A stretch of 29,117 nt of DNA from Sulfurifustaceae bacterium. Its GTDB lineage: Bacteria > Pseudomonadota > Gammaproteobacteria > Acidiferrobacterales > Sulfurifustaceae. The notes below the pieces were generated by a model that saw only the letters and a list, made by a program, of their open reading frames with translations, ran no database searches and was not told the origin of the DNA. Positions 18,296 to 26,062 of this stretch are shown here, one piece after another; the stretch's first letter is position 1, and each line of letters starts with the position of its first letter. A program made the translations under genes and the position numbers. Location: NCBI GenBank assembly GCA_041481875.1, contig JBGPCS010000001.1, positions 1 to 29,117 on the forward strand, in the 5' to 3' direction.

Positions 18296-18343
18296 CGCAC
18301 AACCGCTGTGCGTGCGAACTCTAGACCGCGCTGCCGTGGTGCG
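18296..18343. promoter_or_regulatory. Pair of NtrC-type enhancer sites between divergent sigma54 promoters
   Basis: CGCAC-aaccgct-GTGCG (18296-18312; GCAC-N7-GTGC) and CGCGC-tgccgtg-GTGCG (18327-18343) are 31 bp apart. Confidence 0.62.
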
Positions 18344-18438
18344 AAAGGTCGGGTACGCGTGTTTTCGGCGGCTGCAGGCGTCGCGGTGAATGACCGGATT
18401 CCCAGGGGCCGCGCGCATTGCGCGCGCCGGCCGGCTCG

Positions 18439-18454
18439 CGGCACAGAGATTGCT
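18439..18454 (+). promoter_or_regulatory. Sigma54 promoter of the ABC importer-atzF operon
   Basis: CGGCACAGAGATTGCT (GG-N10-GC, near consensus). Predicted +1 at about 18465, just before the riboswitch. Confidence 0.82.
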
Positions 18455-18470
18455 GAGTGCACGGTGGATA

Positions 18471-18580
18471 GAGCATCTAGGGTTCCGGCCGCGCGGTGGT
18501 GGTGTTCCGATCGGTGTCTGGTCCGAGAGATGCAGTCCGGCGCGTCGCCGGATACACGGCGGGACAAAAGCCCGGGAGAC
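18471..18580 (+). ncRNA. Guanidine-I (ykkC-yxkD subtype 1) riboswitch
   Basis: CTAGGGTTCCG...TGGTCCGAGAG with P1 GCATCT/AGATGC, P2 TCCGGC/GCCGGA, and 3' ACACGGCGGGACAAAAGCCCGGGAG, which matches the guanidine-binding P3 consensus. Confidence 0.95.
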
Positions 18581-18685
18581 CCAAGTGGAGGATTCGGCAT
18601 CCACGTTTGCGGCGCTCTCCTTACAGCGCTCGTCCCGTGTCCCGACTCCTCTCGACGATAAAATCACTCAATCACGAGGTGTGTC

Positions 18686-19765
18686 ATGCGAGGTTTCGTC
18701 AATAGGCTTGCCGGCGCCGCGGCGCTGTTCGCCCTCACCGGTCTGCTACTCCAGTCCAGCGCAGTCGCCGCGCCAAAAAAGGAATTCAAAGTCGCGTGGA
18801 CCATTTACGTCGGCTGGGTGCCGTATGACTACATGGTGCAATCCGGAATTTTGAAAAAGTGGGCGGACAAGTACGGCATCAAAATCGACATGGTGCAAGT
18901 GAACGACTATGTCGAGTCGATCAACCAATATACCGCCGGCAAGTTCGATGCGTGTTCCATCACCAATATGGACGCGCTCACGATCCCCGCGGCGGGCGGC
19001 GTCGACACCACCTCGCTGATCATCGGCGACTTCTCCAACGGTAACGACGGCATCGTGCTCAAAGGTAAGAGTAAGAAGCTCGCCGACATCAAAGGCCAGA
19101 AGGTGAATCTGGTCGAACTGTCGGTGTCGCACTATCTGCTCGCGCGGGGTCTGGAGTCGGTGAAGATTCCGGAGAAAAACATCAAAGTCGTCAATACCTC
19201 CGACGCCGATATCGTCGCCGCGTACAAAACGCCGGGGGTGACCGCGGTCGTGCCGTGGAATCCGCAACTTTCCGAGATCAAGAACATGGGCGACGGCACG
19301 CTGGTATTCGACTCGAGCAAAATCCCGGGCGAAATCATCGACATCATGTTCGTCAACACGCAAACGCTGAAGGACAATCCGGCGTTCGGTAAGGCACTGG
19401 TCGGTGCGTGGTACGAAACCATCGCGCTCATGGCGAAGGACGACGCCGCCGGCAAAGCGGCGCGCGAATCGATGGCCAAAGCCTCCGGCACCGACTTGGC
19501 CGGCTTCGACAGTCAGCTCAAGACCACGCGCATGTTCTACAAGCCCGCGGAAGCGGTGGCGTTCACCAAGAGCGCGGATCTGATGAAGACCATGGACTAC
19601 GTGCGCAAGTTCTCCTTCGAGCACGAGCTGCTCGGCAAAGGCGCGAAGAGTCCGAACGTCGTCGGTATCGGCTTTCCGGGCGGCAAGACGCTCGGCGACC
19701 CGAAGAACGTGAAGTTGCGCTTCGACTCGACGTACATGGAGATGGCTGCCGCCGGTAGCTTGTGA
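18686..19765 (+). CDS. ABC transporter substrate-binding protein (urea-carboxylase-associated type; probable guanidine binding)
   Basis: Signal peptide. AWTIYVGWVP, YVESINQYTAG, DFSNGNDG, SVSHYLLAR and IPGEIID motifs. Downstream of the guanidine-I riboswitch, with a GAGG RBS. Confidence 0.92.
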   Translation: MRGFVNRLAGAAALFALTGLLLQSSAVAAPKKEFKVAWTIYVGWVPYDYMVQSGILKKWADKYGIKIDMVQVNDYVESINQYTAGKFDACSITNMDALTIPAAGGVDTTSLIIGDFSNGNDGIVLKGKSKKLADIKGQKVNLVELSVSHYLLARGLESVKIPEKNIKVVNTSDADIVAAYKTPGVTAVVPWNPQLSEIKNMGDGTLVFDSSKIPGEIIDIMFVNTQTLKDNPAFGKALVGAWYETIALMAKDDAAGKAARESMAKASGTDLAGFDSQLKTTRMFYKPAEAVAFTKSADLMKTMDYVRKFSFEHELLGKGAKSPNVVGIGFPGGKTLGDPKNVKLRFDSTYMEMAAAGSL

Positions 19766-19768
19766 CGC

Positions 19769-20584
19769 GTGCGCCTCATCAACCGTCGGCCCGGCAAAGG
19801 GGCGGCGCTGTTTTTGGCGGCGCTGCCGTTCTTGTTGCTGTTCGCCGTTTACATCGGCGCGTCGGCGGCGCGTTTGGCGGAGAATTCGGAAGATAAGTTA
19901 CTACCCTCGCTCGCGACCATCGGCGCAACGATCAAGCAATACGCGATCGACACCGACACACGCACCGGCGAGATACTTCTGTGGGCCGATACGCGGGCGA
20001 GCTTGATTCGGTTCGGCGCCGGATTGATGCTCGCCGCGGCGTTGGGACTCGTCGTCGGCGTCGCCAAGGGCGTCGTCCCGTACGTACGCATGACGCTCGA
20101 ATCGTTCATCGCCGCCGTCGCGCTCATCCCGCCGCTCGCGGTGCTGCCGATTCTCTTCATCGTCTTCGGCCTCGGCGAAGTCTCCAAGGTCGTCCTCATC
20201 GTCGTCGGCATCGCTCCGCTGCTGATGCGCGATCTGGCGTTGCGCGTCCGCGATATTCCGCGCGAAGAGATCATCAAGGCGCAAACGCTCGGCGCGAATT
20301 CCTGGACGCTGACGCTGCGGGTCGTGTTGCCGCAGATTCTTCCGCGCCTGCTCGACTCGGTGCGCTTGCAGCTCTGCAGCGCTTGGCTGTTTCTGATCGC
20401 GGCGGAAGCGATCGCCGCGGAAAACGGCCTCGGCTATCGCGTGTTTCTCATGCGGCGATATCTGGCGATGGACGTGATACTCCCTTACGTGTTCTGGATC
20501 ACGCTGCTCGCCTTCGCCACCGACTGGCTATTGCGCCGCGCGACGCGCGTGCTCTATCCGTGGTACGCGCCGACACCGTCGTGA
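19769..20584 (+). CDS. ABC transporter permease (NitT/TauT type)
   Basis: Several TM segments, IPPLAVLPILFI, EAA-like loop (KAQTLGA), WLFLIAAEAIA and GLGYRVFL. GTG start. Confidence 0.93.
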   Translation: MRLINRRPGKGAALFLAALPFLLLFAVYIGASAARLAENSEDKLLPSLATIGATIKQYAIDTDTRTGEILLWADTRASLIRFGAGLMLAAALGLVVGVAKGVVPYVRMTLESFIAAVALIPPLAVLPILFIVFGLGEVSKVVLIVVGIAPLLMRDLALRVRDIPREEIIKAQTLGANSWTLTLRVVLPQILPRLLDSVRLQLCSAWLFLIAAEAIAAENGLGYRVFLMRRYLAMDVILPYVFWITLLAFATDWLLRRATRVLYPWYAPTPS

Positions 20585-21465
20585 CGACGCTCTCGGTTCG
20601 CCGGCTATGGAAGGAGTACGACGGGCACGTCGTGCTCGAGAACGTCAATCTCGAGGTGAAGGACAACGAGTTCATCACCGTCGTCGGCGCTTCGGGCTGC
20701 GGCAAGACGACGTTTCTGCGGATGCTCCTGGGCGAGGAGCGCTCGACCCAGGGGACATTTCTCATGGACGGCCGGCCGTTGCCCGATGAACCGGGACCGG
20801 ATCGTGGCGTCGTGTTTCAACACTATTCCGTATTTCCGCATCTCACGGTGTTGCAAAACGTACTGCTCGGGCTGGAGCTCGCCGCCGCACCGCGCCTGGG
20901 GAAACTCTACGGCGCGCCGCGGCGACGGGCGCTCACGCAAGTCGAACAGATGTTGCATACGGTCGGCCTGCACGAAGCGCGCAGCAAGTACCCGCATATG
21001 CTCTCCGGCGGCATGCAGCAGCGCCTCTCGATCGCACAATCGGTGATCACGAACCCAAAAATTCTCCTGCTTGATGAACCGTTCGCCGCGCTCGATCCGG
21101 GCTTGTCGGCGGACATGCACGAGCTAATCCTGCGGCTCTGGGAAGAACACAAGATGAACATCTTCATGGTCACGCACGATCTCAAGGAAGGCTTCGAGCT
21201 CGGCACGCGTTTGCTGGTGTTCGACAAGGTGCGCCTCGATCCGCAAGCGCCGGAGCGTTTCGGCGCGACGATCACCTACGATATTCCTCTCGGTGGCGCT
21301 GGCAAGAAACTATTGAAGGAGGTGTCCGCCACCACCGCGCGCACCGGAGAGTTTGCGCAGAAAGTGGCGGACAACGTCAACGTGACGGCGGTGCGTCCGC
21401 GCGTGGAGGCGGGAAATTCCCGCGTTGCTTCCGCGCGCAATGAACTAGTGGACGATAACGTTTGA
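20581..21465 (+). CDS. ABC transporter ATP-binding protein
   Basis: GTG start overlaps the permease stop (GTGA). Walker A GASGCGKT, signature LSGGMQQR, Walker B LLLDEPF and H-loop VTHD. Confidence 0.94.
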   Translation: MTTLSVRRLWKEYDGHVVLENVNLEVKDNEFITVVGASGCGKTTFLRMLLGEERSTQGTFLMDGRPLPDEPGPDRGVVFQHYSVFPHLTVLQNVLLGLELAAAPRLGKLYGAPRRRALTQVEQMLHTVGLHEARSKYPHMLSGGMQQRLSIAQSVITNPKILLLDEPFAALDPGLSADMHELILRLWEEHKMNIFMVTHDLKEGFELGTRLLVFDKVRLDPQAPERFGATITYDIPLGGAGKKLLKEVSATTARTGEFAQKVADNVNVTAVRPRVEAGNSRVASARNELVDDNV

Positions 21466-21553
21466 ACGCCGGCACACTCGCTACACGGCCGCGTGGCGCG
21501 ACCGGTAGGCGTGCGGCATTTCTCGCGCACGGACGTGGAGGCTGAGCGAAACG

Positions 21554-23374
21554 ATGGTCGGATGGACGATTTCGGAATGGATCGCGGCGTACGCGGACGG
21601 TGCTACGCCGGAAGATCTGCTGACCGCACCGGTGGCGACGCCGCCACCGGACGACGTTGCGTGGATCAGCCGCGCACCGCTGGATCTATGGCGGCGCCAA
21701 TTCTCGGACTTGAGAGAAAAACGCGCCGCGGTCGGCGGTGACTTGACGAAGCTGCCGCTTTACGGCGTTCCGTTCGCGCTCAAAGATAACATCGATGTCG
21801 CCGGATGGGCGACGACCGCCGCCTGCCCGGCGTTTTCGTACATGCCGGCGCGCACCGCGACGGTGGCGCAGCGCTTGATCGATGCCGGCGCGATCCTAGT
21901 CGGTAAGACCAACCTCGATCAATTCGCAACCGGCCTGGTCGGCGTGCGTTCGCCCTACGGCGCGGTACCCAACGCCTTCGATCCCCGCTACATCTGCGGT
22001 GGTTCCAGCTCCGGCTCCGCCTCCGTGGTCGCGCGCGGCATCGTGCCGTTCGCGCTGGGAACCGACACCGCGGGTTCCGGCCGAGTGCCGGCGGGTTTCA
22101 ACAATATCGTCGGGCTGAAACCGACACGCGGCGCGCTGAGCGCCGCCGGCGTCGTCCCCGCGTGCAAGACGCTCGATTGCGTTTCCATTTTTTCCGCCAC
22201 GGTCGCGGATACGCGCACGGTTTACGCGGTCGCGGCCGGCTTCGACTCGGCGGATGCGTACTCGCGACCGGCGCCGCTCGATACCACGTCGAAGCGGCTG
22301 CCCGAGCGGCCTCGTTTCGGCGTGCCGCGCGAGCCCGAGTGGTTCGGCGATCGCCGAGCGGAAATGTGCTATCGCGACGCGCTGGCGACGCTCGCCACGC
22401 TCGGCGTTGAATGCGTGCCGATCGATTTTTCGCCGCTGCACGAGATCGCGGCGTTGTTGTACCAAGGGCCATGGGTCGCCGAGCGTTATGCCGCGATCGA
22501 ATCGTTCGTCGTGCAGAACGCCGCCGCCATGCACCCGGTGGTTAGGGAAATCATCTTGGGCGCGGCGAAGTTTTCGGCAGCGGACGCCTTCAAGGCGATG
22601 TATCGCCTCGCCGAGCTCAAACGAGTGGCGGACGCACTGCTCGCCGAGGTCGACGCGCTCGCGGTTCCGACCGCGCCGACAATTTATCAAATCGCCGAGG
22701 TCGAGGCCGATCCGATTCGCCTGAACAACCGCCTCGGCACCTACACCAACTTCGTGAACTTGCTCGATTGGAGCGCGCTGGCGCTGCCGGCCGGCTTTCG
22801 CGACGACGGCCTTCCGTTCGGCATCACGCTGATCGCGCCCGCGTGGCACGAGCTCGCGCTGGGTGAATTCGGCGAACGCTGGCAAGCGCGTCTCGCGCTG
22901 CCGCTGGGCGCTACGGGGCGCGCGTTCGCGGCGAAGCCGCCGGCGCGCACCGCGGGACCGCCGCCCACCGCGACGACGGTAAGGCTCGCCGTAGTGGGAG
23001 CGCATCTAACCGGCATGCCGCTCAATCGTGAGTTGACCGAGCGCAACGCGATATTCATCGAGCGCACGAGCACTTCCGGCGCGTACCGACTGTACGCACT
23101 CGGCGGAACAGTGCCGCCGAAACCCGGGCTCGTGCGCACGGGAGATGGCGCGCCGATTGAAGTGGAACTGTGGGATCTGCCGCTCGAAACTTTCGGGTCC
23201 TTTGTCGCCGCGGTGAGCGCTCCGCTCGGCATCGGCACGCTCGAGCTGGCCGACGGGCGTCGGGTGAAGGGCTTCGTTTGCGAATCGTGGGCGATCGGGC
23301 AGGCGACCGACATCACGGTCTTCGGCGGGTGGCGCGCGTACGTCGCGGCCGATCGCAACCGGACGCCGAATTGA
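21554..23374 (+). CDS. atzF: Allophanate hydrolase (amidase signature family)
   Basis: FALKDNID (catalytic Lys), GKTNLDQFATGL, GGSSSGS and GTDTAGSGRVPA (Ser-cisSer). C-terminal domain AVVGAHLTGMPLN...FGGWRAY. Confidence 0.96.
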   Translation: MVGWTISEWIAAYADGATPEDLLTAPVATPPPDDVAWISRAPLDLWRRQFSDLREKRAAVGGDLTKLPLYGVPFALKDNIDVAGWATTAACPAFSYMPARTATVAQRLIDAGAILVGKTNLDQFATGLVGVRSPYGAVPNAFDPRYICGGSSSGSASVVARGIVPFALGTDTAGSGRVPAGFNNIVGLKPTRGALSAAGVVPACKTLDCVSIFSATVADTRTVYAVAAGFDSADAYSRPAPLDTTSKRLPERPRFGVPREPEWFGDRRAEMCYRDALATLATLGVECVPIDFSPLHEIAALLYQGPWVAERYAAIESFVVQNAAAMHPVVREIILGAAKFSAADAFKAMYRLAELKRVADALLAEVDALAVPTAPTIYQIAEVEADPIRLNNRLGTYTNFVNLLDWSALALPAGFRDDGLPFGITLIAPAWHELALGEFGERWQARLALPLGATGRAFAAKPPARTAGPPPTATTVRLAVVGAHLTGMPLNRELTERNAIFIERTSTSGAYRLYALGGTVPPKPGLVRTGDGAPIEVELWDLPLETFGSFVAAVSAPLGIGTLELADGRRVKGFVCESWAIGQATDITVFGGWRAYVAADRNRTPN

Positions 23375-23414
23375 CTCTTGCGGCCCGGGGTTTACCGCCG
23401 TTCAAGACACGGCA

Positions 23415-23443
23415 TGATGATTTTCGGCTGTGATCGCTATAAT
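23415..23443 (+). promoter_or_regulatory. Possible sigma70 promoter of ubiK-comM
   Basis: Perfect TATAAT at 23438-23443, 27 nt before the ubiK ATG. The -35 region is poor. Confidence 0.35.
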
Positions 23444-23470
23444 GTCCGGCCCGGTCGCATAGAAACTCTC

Positions 23471-23707
23471 ATGATCTCCAAAACCTTCGAGGAAATCATC
23501 GACTCGGTCGCGCGGCTGCTGCCGCGCACGCCGGCGGATCTGGAACGCAATGTGCGCGCGGCGCTGGCGGCGGCGTTCGATCGACTGGATGTCGTCACGC
23601 GCGAGGAGCTGGAAGTTCAGGAAGCGGTGCTGCAGCGCACCCGCGCCCGGCTGAAAGACCTGGAAGAGCGAATCGCAGCGCTGGAACGTGCTCCCGAAAA
23701 AAAATAA
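23471..23707 (+). CDS. ubiK: Accessory factor UbiK (YqiC) family protein
   Basis: 78 aa, LDVVTREELEVQEAVLQRTRARLKDLEERIAALE coiled-coil motif. Directly upstream of comM, a known synteny. Confidence 0.88.
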   Translation: MISKTFEEIIDSVARLLPRTPADLERNVRAALAAAFDRLDVVTREELEVQEAVLQRTRARLKDLEERIAALERAPEKK

Positions 23708-23737
23708 CTTCGACGGACACCATAGCGGAGGCAGGGA

Positions 23738-25249
23738 ATGACACTCGCCGTAGTGCACAGCCGCGCGCAGGTCGGCATCGATGCGCCGCCGGTAACGGTC
23801 GAGGTTCATCTCGCAAATGGGTTACCGGCGCTGTCGATCGTCGGTCTGCCCGAGGCCGCGGTAAAGGAGAGCAAAGACCGCGTGCGCGCCGCGCTCCTCA
23901 ACGCACGCTTCGAGTTTCCCGCGCGCCGCATCACCGTCAACCTGGCACCTGCCGACCTGCCGAAGGAAGGCGGTCGTTTCGATTTGCCGATCGCCCTCGG
24001 CATCCTCGCCGCCTCCGATCAGGTTCCCACCGCCGAGCTGGATAGCTACGAATTTCTTGGCGAGCTGGCGCTGACCGGGAAGCTACGCCCCGTGCGCGGG
24101 GCACTGACCGCGGCGCTCGCGGCGCGCGGGACCGGACGCACGATGGTCGTTCCGGCGGCCAATGGGCCGGAGGCGGGGCTGGTGGAAGGCATTCGCGTTA
24201 TCGGCGCGCGTCACCTGCTCGACGTCACCGCGCATCTCGCCAACGATAAGCGCCTCGAACTCGAGCCGCCGCAACGCGCCGTCGCGCGAAATTCCGAAGC
24301 GCCCGATCTGAGCGATATCCGCGGACAGCATCGCGCGAAGCGCGCGCTTGAAATCGCAGCGGCCGGCGGGCACAGCATGCTGCTAGTCGGCCCGCCCGGG
24401 GCGGGCAAGACGATGCTCGCGATGCGCCTGCCCGGGATTCTCCCATCGCTCACCGACGATGAGGCACTGGAGGTGGCGGCGATTCAGTCGGCGCATCGGG
24501 GCTTTTCCGTGGACGAGTGGCGCCGCCGCCCGTTCCGGACACCACACCACACGGCTTCGGGCGTCGCGTTGGTGGGAGGCGGAAGTCACCCGCGGCCGGG
24601 AGAAATTTCACTCGCACACCATGGCGTTTTGTTTCTCGACGAGCTCCCCGAGTTCGATCGCGCGGTGCTGGAAGTTCTGCGTGAACCGCTCGAGTCCGGC
24701 ACGATCACCATATCGCGCGCGGCGCGGCAAGCCGATTTCCCGGCTCGGTTCCAACTGATCAGCGCGATGAATCCTTGCCCGTGCGGATTTCTCGGGGACG
24801 CGAGCGGACGTTGTCGTTGCACCGAGGATCGCGTGCGCAACTATCGCGCGCGCGTTTCGGGACCGTTGCTCGATCGGATCGATTTACATGTGGATGTCCC
24901 GGCGGTCCCGCGCGGTCTGTTGATCTCGCGTGAGCCTCACGAGGCGGAAACCTCAGCGGTCGTTCGCCAGCGGGTAGAAGCAGCGCGCGAACGCCAGCGC
25001 GCGCGCACCCGCTGCACGAATCACGCGCTCAACAACAAGCAGGTGGAAGAGTTGTGTAAGCTCGATGCGCCGTCGCAGCACCTGCTCGAGCAGGCGATCA
25101 CCCGGCTCGGCTTAAGCGCCCGCGCCTACCACCGGGTTCTCAAGGTCGCGTTGACCATCGCCGATCTTGGCGCCGCCGACGCGATATCGTTGGCGCATGT
25201 GGCCGAGGCGATACAGTACCGTTCCCTCGATCGTCCGAGCGTAGGCTGA
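23738..25249 (+). CDS. comM: YifB/ComM Mg-chelatase-like AAA+ ATPase
   Basis: VTVEVHLANGLP, VNLAPADLPKEGGRFDLPIA, Walker A GPPGAGKT, FRTPHHTAS, LAHHGVLFLDE and AMNPCPCG motifs. Confidence 0.96.
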   Translation: MTLAVVHSRAQVGIDAPPVTVEVHLANGLPALSIVGLPEAAVKESKDRVRAALLNARFEFPARRITVNLAPADLPKEGGRFDLPIALGILAASDQVPTAELDSYEFLGELALTGKLRPVRGALTAALAARGTGRTMVVPAANGPEAGLVEGIRVIGARHLLDVTAHLANDKRLELEPPQRAVARNSEAPDLSDIRGQHRAKRALEIAAAGGHSMLLVGPPGAGKTMLAMRLPGILPSLTDDEALEVAAIQSAHRGFSVDEWRRRPFRTPHHTASGVALVGGGSHPRPGEISLAHHGVLFLDELPEFDRAVLEVLREPLESGTITISRAARQADFPARFQLISAMNPCPCGFLGDASGRCRCTEDRVRNYRARVSGPLLDRIDLHVDVPAVPRGLLISREPHEAETSAVVRQRVEAARERQRARTRCTNHALNNKQVEELCKLDAPSQHLLEQAITRLGLSARAYHRVLKVALTIADLGAADAISLAHVAEAIQYRSLDRPSVG

Positions 25250-25255
25250 AAAAGA

Positions 25256-25280
25256 AAAAAGCGGCCGGCGGCCGCTTTTT
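25256..25280. terminator. Bidirectional intrinsic terminator between comM and cytochrome c5
   Basis: AAAAA-GCGGCC-GGC-GGCCGC-TTTTT between convergent genes. Confidence 0.85.
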
Positions 25281-25302
25281 CCGCGCCTTATTGCGATTCG
25301 CG

Positions 25303-25782
25303 TTACTTGACCTTGGACACCATATAGTCGACCGCTGCCTTAACATCGGAATCCGGCAACGCGGTGTTTCCGCCTTTGGGCGGCATAAAACCGGTTTTTC
25401 CTTGGAATCCCTTCAGCGCGTGCTCATACAGCTTGGCGTTGCCCTGCGCGATGCGATCCTTCCATGCGGCGCCATCTCCGAACTTCGGCGCACCGGCAAT
25501 GCCGGCACCATGACACGCCACGCACGTGCTGTCGTAAATCGCCTTTGCCTTGTCGTCGCCCGCGGCGTGCGCCGTCGCAATCAAATTAATTCCCGCAGAG
25601 CTCGGTGCTTGGGCGATGCTGACTTCGCCGATCGGCTTAATCCGATCCGCCAGCGCGGCATCCGGATGCGGGCGCACATGCTTGCCGGCGACGACATTAG
25701 CCAATATCAGCAGCACGACGGTCAGCGCCGCGAGTGCGCCCATGAGCCCGGAGAACAGTTTCAGAAATTCACGATCACTCAT
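25303..25782 (-). CDS. Membrane-anchored cytochrome c5 family protein
   Basis: N-terminal TM helix, RIKPIGEV, single CxxCH (CVACH), GAPKFGD..AW..R and MPPKGG (axial Met). Confidence 0.92.
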   Translation of the reverse strand: MSDREFLKLFSGLMGALAALTVVLLILANVVAGKHVRPHPDAALADRIKPIGEVSIAQAPSSAGINLIATAHAAGDDKAKAIYDSTCVACHGAGIAGAPKFGDGAAWKDRIAQGNAKLYEHALKGFQGKTGFMPPKGGNTALPDSDVKAAVDYMVSKVK

Positions 25783-25951
25783 TGCCTAACCTTTTCTAGA
25801 TTTGATGGATTTAAAATTCCCGCCGAAAGGCGGGCCCGAAAATCGTGCTTAGTATAGCCTGCCGCATGGACGCTTAGGCAGACCGCGAGTATGCTCTCGC
25901 TAGCTCCGTTAGGTACTGCATCCCAAGCACAGCACAACTCACGCCATATTC

Positions 25952-26028
25952 GCGCCCTTAGCTCAGCTGGATAGAGCGTCGGCCTCCGGAGCCGAAGGTC
26001 AGAGGTTCGAATCCTCTAGGGCGCGCCA
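25952..26028 (+). tRNA. tRNA-Arg (anticodon CCG)
   Basis: 77-nt cloverleaf: acceptor GCGCCCT/AGGGCGC, D-arm GCTC/GAGC, anticodon stem TCGGC/GCCGA around CT-CCG-GA, T-arm AGAGG-TTCGAAT-CCTCT, encoded CCA. Confidence 0.98.
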
Positions 26029-26062
26029 TATTTCCGACACTGCTTGCCCGCGTCTCAAGCCT

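Noticed and set aside
18300-18330. Minus-strand CTAGAGTTC resembling the ykkC 5' motif (possible third riboswitch before cgdA)
   Set aside because: No GGTCCGAGAG or P3 motif follows, and it lies upstream of the predicted sigma54 start. The palindrome is better explained as an NtrC-type site.
19981-20580. N-terminal 200 aa of the 494-aa ORF 19981..21465
   Set aside because: Overlaps the permease in another frame. The ATPase starts at GTG 20581, so this is not a fusion or frameshift.
21466-21553. Possible riboswitch before atzF
   Set aside because: No ACGR-loop hairpin pair and no ykkC or ykkC-III consensus recognisable.
25802-25815. TTGAT-N4-TTAAA, FNR-like site near cytochrome c5
   Set aside because: Second half-site matches ATCAA at only 3/5 in an AT-rich patch.
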